From Lama glama (lineage: Eukaryota): DNA of 64,000 nt. A program made the translations under genes and the position numbers. The notes under the pieces were generated by a model. The model did not search any database. It saw nothing but the letters and a program-made list of their open reading frames with translations, and had not been told where the DNA came from. Below, piece after piece: positions 1 to 12,534 of the stretch (positions are counted from its first letter, which is position 1; each line of letters opens with the position of its first letter). The stretch covers positions 66,652,001 through 66,716,000 of the forward strand of contig CM052817.1 in assembly GCA_028534125.1 (NCBI GenBank). The letters are read 5' to 3'.

Positions 1-289
1 TATTTGAATTCATTGGCCAACAAGTAACCCAAATATCACATTGGACATAATTACTGTTTGGCATAGGCATAGTAGAGAAGAGAGATACTCAGAGGATAAT
101 ATAAAAGCCCAAATTACTTGAGAAATAAAATTACATAGTCAGCCATGTTTCCAGTATATTAAATCACAGTGATGCTTACAGTAGATAAGGGGAATGTGTA
201 GCTGCACCAAACTATCCTGACATCAGATGTGAAGCACACCCCGTCTCAGTGAGTGAAGAATTTCATTTATGTCACAAGAAACTTAGATA

Positions 290-620
290 TTTATTAGTCA
301 TAATTTTACTGAAATGTTGTGTCCAGTTTAAAGTGCCAAATTACAGGACGCAAAAGACCTGAGACAGCTGGACAAAGAGGAATAAAAAAATTAAGAAATC
401 TTTAGAAAAGAGGTCCTAAAAGGAGTTAAGGATTGTGATAGTTAATTCACAAAATACAGGTCAAGAGCAATATCATCCGTCGTTTAAGAATATGGTGGAA
501 TTTTATGAAAATGACACTAAGCAGTTGTGCTCTGTGTATGTAACGTAGCTATACCCAGCTTCAAGGCCACTAGCTTATCAGGAAATCCCCTGTGATGAAA
601 TTTTCCCATCCAGAAAACAG
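290..620 (+). mobile_element. Highly decayed L3/CR1 LINE 3' fragment
   Basis: gtccagtttaaagtgcc...gacagctggac...aaggagttaaggatt loosely follows the recalled CR1 RT 3' region. Confidence 0.3.
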
Positions 621-1589
621 AGATAGTATTTAGTTTACCACTAACCTCTCAAAATTTCTGTACACATAGCCTGCAATTTGAAGGGAAGGTATTGTATAAC
701 TAAGGGATGTTATTATGACTTCCATTGATAGTTTTATAGAAAAACAGTAATTCTTAAGAAACCAATCATTAAAGACAGAATTTCAAATAGATCTAAGAAC
801 AAACGTGCTGATTATCGCTGTGCTAAACATGAAAGGGAGATTCTAGGGGGAGGACAAAACACCATTTCATTCTGAGACCTTTAAAAACAGAAAGAAACTA
901 TTATCTTAGGTTAAGTATCTCTCTGTGCGAGAAATGGAAGGGTAGAGCAAGATCCTTTGAGTATCTTAGCAGTTATGAGATCATGTGATCATGAACGTAG
1001 CCTGAAGTGACAACTACTAGGAAGGGTGACAACCTCTAGCAATCGTTGAGCTGATGAAGAATAGAGCCCCAGGTGTGCCCACATACACAAGCCAACATTG
1101 TCTTTTGTTTTGAAATTTGTTACCACTTAATATTATTAAATTCCCACAGCAGGAATTCATGCTATTGGAGAAAGGGTGTTAAACTGTGACTTGTGAGCTG
1201 AAAATGAGTGCTGCTTGCTAACGTTACTGTAGCATCACTGCTATATTAGTTGACTTTATACCACAAACAGGTTTTTAAACTGTTGCATGTAAGAACACTG
1301 GCATGTGAAATCCTGTGCTTCCATTCATGTTTATTAGCAGTAAAGAAATCTTCCAGTATGAAAATGAAATGAAATGATGTTTCAAGTAAAAAACTGTTCA
1401 ACAAACAACAGAAGATTTCCTGGTCCTGACATTAATTATAATAGCATTTACCTCTAGCAAAATAAATCTAGGTATATTTTGTGCATTTATTAAAGATTTT
1501 ATCTTGTCAGATTTCAAAAGACTTCAGACCGCTTGCCAGGAATCAAGGAGACATTCAAGCATCAGAGTATATCTAAAAGCATTAGATGC

Positions 1590-1860
1590 ATTTATTCCTT
1601 CATTCATTTATTCCTTCATTCATCTGCAAATATTTCATTCAACAAGTATTTGTTTACTATCTACCAATCTCTGTGATGGGGAGCTAGGGATATAAAGGAG
1701 AATAAAGTATGATCCCTCCCTTCAAGAAACTCAAAACTCTCTGTATTACAGACCCATACACAAGTAATTTAAAATGTTCCAATAAATGTATATGTAAAAG
1801 CTGAGATGTGTGAGAAGGGCTCAAGTAAAAGTATGTATAAGGTGCTGTGGGACCCCTGAG
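1590..1860 (-). mobile_element. L2 LINE 3' end
   Basis: ttcattcatt...ttcattcaacaagtatttg...ccctcccttcaagaaactca is the antisense L2 tail. Confidence 0.6.
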
Positions 1861-2087
1861 GCAGATGTTTTGGACACTCAAGTCACGCATGTCCTTATAA
1901 TTGAACTTAAGTTTTAGACAACAGAAACAAATGGTACTGATGCATGGACTAGACCTTTCTAATTGCATTCCTGATAACTTCCTAAATAAACCGAATGGCC
2001 CAGGCAAACCCTATTGCTCCCTGTTTCCTGCTCTTGCCCCCTACTTTCTCTCCTCTTCAGGGAATAACACAAGCGAAATCAATCACT

Positions 2088-2268
2088 AGCTTCTGGGGTC
2101 AGACAAAGCAGGATTCAATTACGTGGATCTCACTCAGCATCAGTTTCCTTATTTTTAAATGTGGACAATAAATTCACCTCCCTAAGGTTTCCTGAGGACA
2201 AGAAGTAATAAAAGTAAATGCACTTGGCGTTCTGTAAGCATTCAGTAAGTGGTAGGTGCTGTTATTGT
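2088..2268 (+). mobile_element. MIR SINE
   Basis: Core cagtttccttatttttaaatgtggacaataa and tail gtaagcattcagtaagtggtag. Confidence 0.7.
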
Positions 2269-2749
2269 CGCGATGTTGTCATGCTGTACTCTCTATCCTG
2301 GAATACCTCATCACCATCCACCTGATAAAATCCTTTCTGACTCTGAAGTTCTGCATTTCATGTCAAATTCACTTCTCGTTTACTTACTCTTCTCATGTGA
2401 TTACTCCTCAGTGACACAGTCAGCTTTTCTTATTTTATACACTGTAAGATCCCTAGTAAATATGTTGTCAGCTGAATTAAGCTTATCTAGCCTAGAAATA
2501 ACAAAATAAAGAGAGGAGAGAAAGGAAATACCAAGAAAGTATTCAGTGATCTACTAAAGGTCGGACCACTACCTGGGGGCAGAAGTAGGGCTGGAGCCAG
2601 GCTTCCTGGTGCTCCGTCTGAATGGCACTGTCTCTTAGGAACCATGGCCATTTATATTCAGAGACCACATTTATCCTCAGCCCTCACTTATCTCGCCCCT
2701 GTGAGGAATTAATTAAATGGAAGATCAGTCCAGTTAATTACAGCAAGGA

Positions 2750-2798
2750 CAGCATTTACTAATATTTACATAGTGATGTGTGTGTTTATGTATATAAA

Positions 2799-2845
<47 letters not shown>

Positions 2846-3010
2846 CTTAATCCTCATACACTCTATGATGAAGGCAGTAATATTTTACCCCCACTTATAA
2901 ATGAGGAAACTGAGTCACAGAGAAGATAAATTACTTTCCCAAGGTCGTGCTGCTACTGAGTGGCAGAGCCAGGATTCAGACCCAGCTTCTATGTGCTTAG
3001 CTGCTGATTC
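2750..3010 (-). mobile_element. MIR SINE containing a (TA)n tract
   Basis: Antisense core ttaatcctca...atgaggaaactgagtcacagagaag...cccaaggtc...ggcagagccaggattc. Confidence 0.75.
2800..2838. repeat. (TA)n microsatellite
   Basis: Perfect TA run read directly. Confidence 0.95.
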
Positions 3011-3342
3011 TACCAACTCTTGGTCTTCATCTTACATACTCATTTAAGAGTGTACAAATGCTCAATTATTTCATACCGATAAAGCTTATCTCTCATGAAT
3101 TATTCTTTCTCAGTGACCTTGGAGTCATTGTACAGTCAGTTCTTATTACTTTTCCACATAATTCTTAGAACTTCCTAAGTGCAAGGAAACCTTTCTGATC
3201 ACTACAAATATTAAAAACAGAGCACAAACCTAGACCCCTGTTGCTCTTACTTTAATTTGAATCTGATACAGATTTATGGAACTCATTAGACCTCTTTTCC
3301 AAAAATTAATGATCCTTATTATGGACTATATTGCCATATGGT

Positions 3343-3388
3343 GTTTTTGTTTTTGTTTTTGTTTTTGTTTTTGTTTTTGTTTTTGTTT
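3343..3388. repeat. (GTTTTT)n microsatellite
   Basis: About 7.5 perfect hexamer units; source of the QKQKQK ORF artefact. Confidence 0.95.
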
Positions 3389-3391
3389 AAC

Positions 3392-3705
3392 CCACCCCTT
3401 TGAAGTCAAGTATAGATGCCCAGTTTGGTTGATCCACAGAGAGTGAGTAGCAGGGACGGATATTGCCTCTGGGAGAACGCATGACAGGCCAGTGCAAGAT
3501 CCTCCACGCTCCCTTCGCACTGCGAGGGGGTCACAGAGCTGGGGTTGAGATAAAGCCTGAGTCCCAAAATGATTATGTAGAGCAGAGGTTGCCTGGCAAC
3601 TCATAACGAACACACAGAGTGAACAACAAAATAAACATTTCTTCAGTTAAGCTCCTTAGTTACTACCCAAACCAGTTACTACCCAAACCAGTTCATCCTG
3701 ACTCT
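3392..3705 (+). mobile_element. MaLR LTR (MLT1I/J-like)
   Basis: cctttgaagtcaagtatagatg...agcctgagtccc...aaataaacatttcttcagttaagc...catcctgact matches the MLT1 layout including AATAAA. Confidence 0.55.
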
Positions 3706-4923
3706 TTCAAGGTTTAATTATCATTAGAAATACATTACATTGTTTGCATATTTATCTAAAACAGTTTTAGCATAAGTAGCAAATTGCATGGCATTGTTTG
3801 ACTCAACTTTTATGACGCTTTGTGAGTTTTCACAACATATGTTTTCTATCAATGTAAAGCATGAAAACATTCCTAGGGGTTAAGACAGCTTTTAAAGGCC
3901 TAATTAGGACTGAAATAACCTATACTTCCGCCTCCAAGGATGTTCCCTGAGATACGAAATAAGGCATAATTAACACCTATGGTGGTGCCATTCGTGTTGA
4001 TTTTTGTTATCATTGTTTCTGAGTTGTTCTGAATGTTTTGTTCACTCTTCTCCTTTATTTGCAGATGACTAGACAGAGGGCGCATGAAAGCATTGTTCAG
4101 AGTGTTTTAATACAGCTTGATTAAGTCTTCGGCTACATTCCCTTCCCACTATTATACTAGCTGTTGACTACACATGTGACACACAACTGTGTGCGTTCAT
4201 CACAGGCTCCAAGTCCTGTGTTTTGACAAATCTTTCGAGGACTGTTTCAGGGACTGCATCAGTTGTTGACTCATTCCAGCTTGGATCATTCTCGAACTTC
4301 ATTTTTATAATGGTCAAGCCTTTGATTACTCAACTCATGGAAGGAAACAGCACTATATGTAAATTCAAAACCAGAGCTTATCCAAAGGCAGTAATATTTG
4401 GCTCTGGAAATTATTATATAACATTTTATGGAAGCGGCATCTTTATCGCCTCAGTTTGGTAGCTCCCAGCCTCCCCTGGGCATGTATAATGTGAGTGTGG
4501 TGGGGGACCCAGCAGCGCCCCAGAGGCAGGAAAGGCCACCTGCCCCTGACATTTGCCACCTCCTTTTGTCTCCAGAGTTGATATGTCGGTTAAGTGTGTA
4601 TCTAATTCCTCCTTCTCCGCTCTGTAAACATGTCTCCAGTAGCTGCATCCTCTGGAAAGATCAGCCTTTCCAGTTCTCAAAAATTTTCTACATGCAGGAA
4701 TAAGCCTTCTAAATTCAGACTTTGCAACCAGGTTTTATTGTATTTTCGTCAGATTTATCCTAAGTCAGGTGATTTCTTAAATGGTCAACTCTTTCATTTT
4801 TTAAACTATGGTGCTTTGTACCAAGTCACGTAATGTTTTTAAACTGATGGGTAGTTGAATGTATTAGCATTTAATAAACATTGTAATAAGCATTACAGTA
4901 GAATGTTATGTGAACACCCTAAA

Positions 4924-5100
4924 GAGATGATTCTCAACTTTGACTGCACATTTGAATCATGTGAGAAGCTTTTAAAATATAGATTCCTGGGCCTCACTTA
5001 TGAGATTCTAGTTAACGTGGTCCAAAGTGGTCCCTGGGAAATAAGTGTTTTAAAAGCCCCTTAAATAATTCTCCTGGGCAGCCAAGGTTGAGAGCCGTTG
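4924..5100. mobile_element. MER5B-like hAT-Charlie MITE
   Basis: Inverted ends ttctcaactttgactgcac...gcagccaaggttgagagcc. Confidence 0.75.
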
Positions 5101-5354
5101 TTCAGAGTCATCTCTAGGACAAAATTGCACGTCATTCCTCACATTCATAACATGTTTTGGATGTGTTTGGAATTTCCTCACAGTTTCCAATGTGGAGGTT
5201 TTATTCTATTTCTTGTGTAATACAGGTATTCATTTTCCTCTTGTCTTTGTACTTAACTGCTTTCCAAGGCATGAGCAATTCTGAGAAAATCACTGCTTAA
5301 GGCTCCTAAAATTACAAAATAAAACTCTGCTGATTAAAATTACTCTCTAAAATA

Positions 5355-5793
5355 ACACTTACCAATGCCCATCAGGTAAACACTTCCAGAAACACACCCG
5401 CAGACAACAAAGTTAGAGTTATTACTTGCAGCGAAAGGGACTGCCCCTCACAGGTAAAAGTGGAGAAGGCATCTCAAAAGGGATAATATAGAAAAGGGTA
5501 CTTTTATTAGAGTTTTCATCTTGGTAGAATTCTGAGAGTATTGGTCAGAATTTGCAAACTAGGGAGTTGCTGGAACAGTCGGTGGTCTCATCTTAGAAAC
5601 TCATCTTCGGGATTAAGTTTCATTACCATTAGATCAGTTTGTCGACAGCTTTATCTTGTGGCATAAACATTTGGATGAACTGGTATTAAAAGCGTTTGAG
5701 CTTCAGTGGTTTATGATGGACATCATGCTTCTGATTTGGTGCAATTTATCCCTTTTGAAAATTGTGAGTTTTGAGGCTTAGTTCCTCTCTCAC
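5355..5793 (-). mobile_element. Old ERV-class LTR remnant, family uncertain
   Basis: LTR-like motif aaagttagagttattacttgcagcgaaaggga and terminal ...ctctctcaca. Confidence 0.3.
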
Positions 5794-6574
5794 AGTGTAA
5801 CTAGCCTACAGCACAACTGTTTTCCACATTATAAGACTCATGGGAAAAAATGGTTTTCCATCTTCAACTGAGTAATTAATACTTAGCTATCTGTAGCAGT
5901 AAATCAATATACAATATATTCTAGGTAAAAATAAAAATATATGAGTCATTCAAATCTGTTTAATAGAGTTTTTAATATTACTGATTTTTATACCAAGCAA
6001 AATATCGTTTGCTAAAAACATAAAATCCATCTAGATTAGTCACCCTGTCTTGTTATTTCTAACTTGAACATTGATACAAATCAATTCTGGGTGCCCTCAA
6101 GGGTTGGAAATTGCAGTCCTCGAGACACATACAGAGAAACATCAAGAGAATTGTGCCTCATTGAGAAAGTTTTTCCTACTAATTTGCCCTGTATTGCAGA
6201 GAAACGGCATAGATTTAGAAGAAAAAATTATAAGAAATAGTTGTTTTGTTTTTGGAAGTTCAGTATGGACAATTCAGGTGACATCCCTACACATAAAATG
6301 ATAGATAGGGCTGAATTTAGGAGTCATTTCAGATAAATGGTTAGTAACCATTTCCTACTGACTAGCAATGTCTTTTCTATAAAATGATAAACATGGTGTT
6401 CGGGTGTAGCAATATAATATAAAAACTTAAGTGTGAAACACACTGCAGCCACTTTTTTCTGTGTTCTTAACAGCATGACTTTGGAATTCAGGGTAGAGCT
6501 CTGAATGGGACACCACTTACCACTGTGCAATCTGAGGACAGGTCTGATTACCTGTGGTTTGAAATCTGCATTTT

Positions 6575-7125
6575 TTATTTTTCAAAATTTCAGTTTCAGA
6601 CTTGACGAACGTTTCAAAAATAGTACAAAGAAATTCCCATATAGCTTCACCTAGCTTCCCCAAATGTTAACATTTTACATGACAACATTACAATTCTCAA
6701 AACCAAGAAAGTAATAGTGATACGATACTATTAATTAATCTAAAGAACATATTCCATTTTCATCAGTTGCCACTAATATACTTTTTCTGGGCCAGGATCC
6801 AACCCAGGATCACGGAGAACATTTAGTTGTCGTGTGAGACTCCTTAATCTGCGACAGTTTTTCTTTTCCTCTTATGACTGACATTTTTGAAAAGTGCAGT
6901 TATTTTGTATAAAATCTCATTGTTTGGGTCTGTCTGATTTTTGTCCTCATGATTAAATACAGATTATTTTTGGTAACAATGACAGCACAACGACTTTGTA
7001 CCTTCCTCAGTGCGTCATATCAAGAGACCTGATATTTCTCATTCTCATTACTGTTGAGACTAACTTTGATCAGTTGGACAAAGTGGTGTCTGCTGGATTT
7101 CTCCACTGTAAAATTGTTATTTTTT
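6575..7125 (-). mobile_element. L1MC-type 3' UTR
   Basis: aaaatagtacaaagaa...ccaggatccaacccaggatcac...tttctccactgtaaa. Confidence 0.75.
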
Positions 7126-8224
7126 TCCAGCACAGAAATATTTTTAAATGATTGTACATGCTCTCTCTCCCTCCCTTCCTTTTTCTCCTCTTCCCAAAAA
7201 TGTGATGTGAAGCAGTGTTAATGGAAAAAATTGGGAGCCACTTAATTAAGCTGGTGAGTTCCCAGTATTATTTTTCCTGCCTATTCTATATCCATCAGAA
7301 TAGTGAATTATTCCAAATAAAAGGCTCAATTTTATAGGAAAGTCTATATGAATATGGTCTTCTATAAATTGTCCTGGATAATTTGGCTTAAGGACACATT
7401 TGTACTTTGTTTAAATTTTCATCCTAAATAGACCCCAGCCCCAGCAGCAGCCAGAGGAAAAGAAAAAAATGATTGCATTCTGCTCCATTCTGGAACTTAA
7501 AGCTTTCATAATAAAGCTGAAATCATATTTCTTTCAAGCTATTTCATTAACAAAAAAATAATTAAATAAAGAACATTGCATGCTGTGCAGCATAGAAATT
7601 TCCTTAAATAACCCTTTGCCCTGGTTTTCTTTTCTCCACTAAAGCAGCACACGCTTTGTCTCAACCCATTCTACAAGTCTTGAATAATTTACAAAAAGTA
7701 CCTTGAAAGCAGAATCACTTAGAATCCAATATACATTTGGCAGTGCAGATGAAGGATTCTGGTTTAATACTTGGACAACTTGAGTATGACTGAGCCTGAT
7801 CCAAGGTTCACAGAGGCCAGAGCAGTGATTTCACACACTCAGAAAATGGGCAATTAATGGCACTTAGGCTGACTGCAACCAGAATACGGTCTGACAAGAG
7901 GAAAAGCCGTGTGCTTTGCGGCTGTGAAGCATGTTGAGGAAGAATGCCTACAGGGAACAAGCTGGGCTGGAACACTCTCTTGCAGTCAGCGTCACGGAGC
8001 AGGAGATGGATAGAGGAGTCACAGCTGTCAGACACTCAGCACGTGAGGCGCTGAGCCTGGAGCTCCCTCTGCCTAATTAACAGGGGGAGAAACAGTCAGA
8101 GACTCTAGGTTGCCTGCCGTCTTCCTATCAATAATCCCATTTAAGTGCGTTATGGCTTAATATATTATTTGGAACTTAAAAGTGGTAAAATGAAGGGAGT
8201 TTTTGATTTAAATATTTCAGAACA

Positions 8225-8400
8225 ATAACAAATGATTTCATTTCCTATGTAATGTTTTACACAGTATTTTCATACTTAATATCTTACTTAGTCCTCCTCG
8301 CACCCATGTGAGTTAAGTGTGGCCTCCATTTTAAAGATAAGGAAGGTATCTTGGAGAGAATATAGGTGGCTTGCATCAGATGACATAACAAAAAAATTGG
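8225..8400 (-). mobile_element. MIR SINE
   Basis: cttacttagtcctc...ctccattttaaagataaggaa, the antisense core. Confidence 0.55.
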
Positions 8401-8994
8401 TGTCGGAAAAATGAAAATTATCATGAATTTTGCACACATATTTTAGCAGTGAAGGTATTTTTTTTTAACTTAATGGAGGTGAGAAATACTGGGTTCTATA
8501 GACTACTAAATTTTGACATAGATTTTGGGTTTATTTTGAAAGCTTAAATACTGATGCAAGGCACTTAATCCCATAAAAAGAAATGAAAATTAATGACTTC
8601 ATTCATATGAGAAACTATCAGTCTGTGGATACCAAAATTTGACTAACTTCTTTGTTGAGAAATTGAATTGTCTATACAGTTTAAAAACAAACTTTTATTA
8701 AATCATCAAGCACCTATACTTTTAATAAAATTGTCATTGACAGGAAATATTTGAAATGCATAAAAAATGTTTTCTCTCTATATATGTATTTATATATACC
8801 CACCATTTTTTAGTGATGGTGTTCAGGTTTTGTTTAGAATAAAGAGTGACGATGACAAGGGGTGAGTGACCAGGATTTGGTGTGTAGACTAGGAAGGGAA
8901 ATCAGAAAACAGGGAGTGAATACAGTCAAAATGACATTTTCTTTAAGTATGAACAAATCAGAACATTAATAGAACTAGAAGCAAATGAGTGCTA

Positions 8995-9135
8995 ATTCAG
9001 TTCCCTCATTTTGGAGATCAGGAAGGTAAGGCATGGGCGATTTAAATATTCTTTGCTGAGGCCACAGTCAAAGACTGGAACCCAATCCTCTGATTCCCAG
9101 TTAAATGTTATTTGCATCCTAACGCTGCAGCTTTG
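8995..9135 (-). mobile_element. MIR SINE fragment
   Basis: cctcattttggagatcaggaa...gactggaacccaatcctctgattcccag. Confidence 0.55.
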
Positions 9136-9289
9136 CCCATGTATGTTAGCTATACAGAAAATCTTCTGAACATAGCATGTGACTCTACTAAGAGTCTCAG
9201 ATGACAAAGGAATACAGATATAAAGATGCGTGACTTTCCAAAAACATTAAATCGGTGGCATTAAAATAGGAAGATCTAATGGAACGTTC

Positions 9290-9620
9290 ACCAATTTATT
9301 ACACATTTAATTATACTCTAGGTACTGGAGTGAGACAGCTGAACAAGGTAAGGTCCTTTGTTTTGAAAAGTTCAGCTTCTAATAGAATAGACATACAAAA
9401 AATGACACCTACATAATGTAATAATAAATACAAATTCAGGTTACCCAGACTTTTAATGAGCTAGGGCGCGTTGGGAAACTGACAGTGGTGGTGACGGGAG
9501 AGGTAACCGACAAGAGGTGAAAAAAGTGTCCTGAAGTTCTGAGCTTCTGAGTGTAGAAACCAAAAATACATTGTATACTGGTCACAAAACAGAATGGTGA
9601 TGTGATGGGCAGAAAGATAC
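9290..9620 (-). mobile_element. L2 fragments
   Basis: ctaggtactggagtgagacagctgaacaagg...aagttcagcttctaatag. Confidence 0.45.
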
Positions 9621-10749
9621 CAGAAGACACAATTAAAATCTATGTAATTTATTTATTTTAAAAGATATGAAAACTTAAACACAAAATTTACCCAAAGCAG
9701 TAGACAGTAAGATGATAACCAATTTGCCACATCCTCGAAGGGCAAAACACATTCTGTACAGACTGAGGATCCTACCAGTTAGAGAAGCTTGTCTTTTCTA
9801 TGTTTACTGTGATGTTCAAGTTACCTCTTGCTCAGTCCTCCATCTGATTGCAACTGACTATTAGAAAGACTGAATACGTTCTTTCTTAGGAACTAAGTGC
9901 AGGAAAACAACCCAGCACATTTCTGAGTTCTTACCATGAGACTGGAGGAATCAAAGGTTAGCTGCCTTAGCATAACTATTGCTTAGCAAACTGATATTCC
10001 AGGTCTATCTGAAGTCCATCTCACACATGCAGATACCAATTTTTATAATTATGCGTTTTTTCCCTTTAGTGCCAACCAATCTGTGCAAGGCTATCCTATT
10101 CTAATTTCCTGGGACAAGATGACTTTAAGCTATAAATGGAGATGAGAGAGAAGCCAAAACCATAGGGAGGCTAATTTTCTGACAGTCCATGGGTAGGATG
10201 CAAAAAGCTAACCTAGAAATCTAGGGGGGGAAAAAGGAGTTAAGATTATGTGTGGTGTGGTTGTAAGACACTAGCATAAGCCAGAAGTTGGTGTCAGATC
10301 TAATCTGTACAAGCAGTAGGAGCAAAGCCAGGCAGTCTGGGTTTGATGATGATAGGCCAATTTTGGACACTAAGGCAGGTACTCAGCCCATCCAGATGAC
10401 TTCAGCAGAACATAATCTGTTTGGCAAGAGCTTCATCTCTAGACTCAGACCTGGAAGTCCACCTCCACAGATATCAAAGACATGGCCCTCTGAAGCTGGC
10501 AAATAAAAGCAGTGATCAGATTGGGGCTGAATTGCTTAGTGGTTGAGCGATCACAGGGAGAGACAAGGAGACCTGGATTTGAAGGTGCGGAGACAGGCAA
10601 GTAGAGGTGATTGGCCATGGGATCTGGATTGTTTGATGATTGCAATTTAAACCATCATATGACCAATAAAATGGAGGAAAAGAGAGAAATTGATGGATTT
10701 GATGTTTAAATGAGATTAAAGCACAGGCAAGGCAGAAACAAAGTATTTA

Positions 10750-11130
10750 AAACTATGGAGAGAGTAAAAAGATCAGGGTACCAGGCATTAGGGAGGAGGA
10801 GGGATGAACACGCGGATTTTTAGGCCAATGAAATTACCCTGTAGGATACTATCATGATGGACACATGTCATCATACACTTGTTCAAATCTGCAGAATGTA
10901 CGATGCAAGAGTGACCCATAATGCAAACTGTGGACTTTAGGTGATAATGATGTGTCAGTGTAGGTTCATCAGTTGTAACAAATGTCCCACTCTGGTGGGG
11001 GTTACTGATAGTGGGGCAAGCTCCGCATGTGTGTGTGTGGCGGGGGTTATAGGGGAAATCTTATACCCCCTGCTCAGTATTGCTGTGAACCTGAAACTGC
11101 TCTAAAAACAAAGTCTGTTAAAAAAAGAAA
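10750..11130 (+). mobile_element. L1MC1-like 3' end with A tail
   Basis: gtggactttaggtgataatgatgtgtcagtgtaggttcatc...gctgtgaacctgaaactgctctaaaa. Confidence 0.8.
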
Positions 11131-11152
11131 AGTCAAAAGAGGATGAGAGAGA

Positions 11153-11303
11153 GGGGAGGGGATAGCTCAGAGGTAGCATGCTTGCCTGGCATGTATGATG
11201 TCCTGGGTTCAATCCCCAGCACCTCGTTTAGAAAAATCAATAAGTAAACCTAACTACCTCCCTCTCCCAAAATTTTTAGAAAAGAAACTTTATTTTTAAA
11301 AAA
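11153..11303 (+). mobile_element. tRNA-derived camelid SINE (vic-1-like)
   Basis: A box tagctcagaggtag, B box gggttcaatccc, aacctaactacctccc body and A-rich tail. TSD aggatgagag at 11140-11149 and 11304-11313. Confidence 0.85.
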
Positions 11304-12179
11304 AGGATGAGAGGATGTGGCTTGAAAATGGCATTTCAGAGTTTAAGATGACGGATAAGGATGGAGAACATATGCAGAGGTGGGCAGAAGAGACATGATT
11401 AACCAAATTATTATCATAATTTTACTATAATGCATTTATTGATTGAAAGGTTCGCCCCCACCCTGCCACTTCTAACCTATCCTTGTCTGCAGAGTGATTG
11501 CCTTAAAAGGCAAAACCAGCAGAGCATCCAAAAGCACAACACTGCGTACCACTTTACTTGGGTTCTATGTGTATGGTTTTCTGATTACGCGTCCTTGGGA
11601 TAGCTTCCAGAAGCAGATCCATACACTCTTCAGCCCCAGACCATAATAATTAATAACTGCATTAGTGAAAAAGCAAAATGTTTGACTCTGACTTTAGAGG
11701 ATAACAGCATATAACCAGAGAGAACCCTAGGCACTGCTTGTGTTTATAGGAGAAATACAATTTTTTTTTCTTGTTCATCTCATAAAAAACAAAACAAGCA
11801 AAGCAGCAAACAAAAGTGGTATTCTTTGGCTCTGACAGGGAATGAGTGTGAAAGACTTGGTGATTAGAAATTTTTCTCATGCAAAGAATTTCTTCTTTGA
11901 TGTCCTTAAATGCTTCAAAGTATATTGCATTCTTGGGGTACTCTCCAAATCTAATAAATGTGTAGCCTTTCCCGATGAGTTCTGAGATACTTCTCTTAAT
12001 TTTCACCGTGTTTATGTTAAAACGTGCTGCTATTATATTTTCACAGAACATGCGTTGTCATTTGCAAACTTTCCAGGAAAAGAATTGTCATTTGCAAACC
12101 GACATGTATAAGATGGAATACATTTTCCTTCCGTATCTTTTCACTCTTAGGAGAATCATAGGATCTCCAGAAACATTAT

Positions 12180-12520
12180 ATATAGTGATTAAGCAAAGAA
12201 CATCTAGATGCAAACATCCCACGTTTGAATCCTGGCCTCACTATTATAAAGAGAGGTCACACCTCTATTAGCTCTTACTAAATAGATCACAGAATGCAGT
12301 GTGCTTTTAAATATTGAAGGTCATCAAAATACAAAATTTTTATGCAAAAAAAATTTAGGCAAGATATTTAGTTTATCCTTGCCCCCACTTTCTCATCTAT
12401 AAAACTGAGATGATAATGGTATTTAACTTACAAAGTTTTTGTGAGGCTGATTAGTTAAATCACGTAATGGGCTTTGAACAGCATTTAGCATGTAGTAGGT
12501 ATTCAGTAAAAGTAGCTAAA
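12180..12520 (+). mobile_element. MIR SINE with an internal insert of about 100 bp
   Basis: Head tttgaatcctggcctcact; core resumes at ttaggcaag...ctcatctataaaactgagatgataat. Confidence 0.7.
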
Positions 12521-12534
12521 ATTGCTTTCTTAAT

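Noticed and set aside
1007..1043. Imperfect 19-bp tandem gtgacaac..ctag
   Set aside because: Two degenerate copies only; not an array.
3326..3613. 95-aa ORF with a QKQKQK repeat
   Set aside because: It is a translation of the (GTTTTT)n microsatellite and an MLT1 LTR.
4505..4530. Possible CTCF site cagcgccccagagg
   Set aside because: Only the GGGGCGCTG half matches the consensus.
11153..11225. tRNA-Ala-like sequence
   Set aside because: It has a SINE body, A tail and TSD, and no clean cloverleaf or Pol III terminator.
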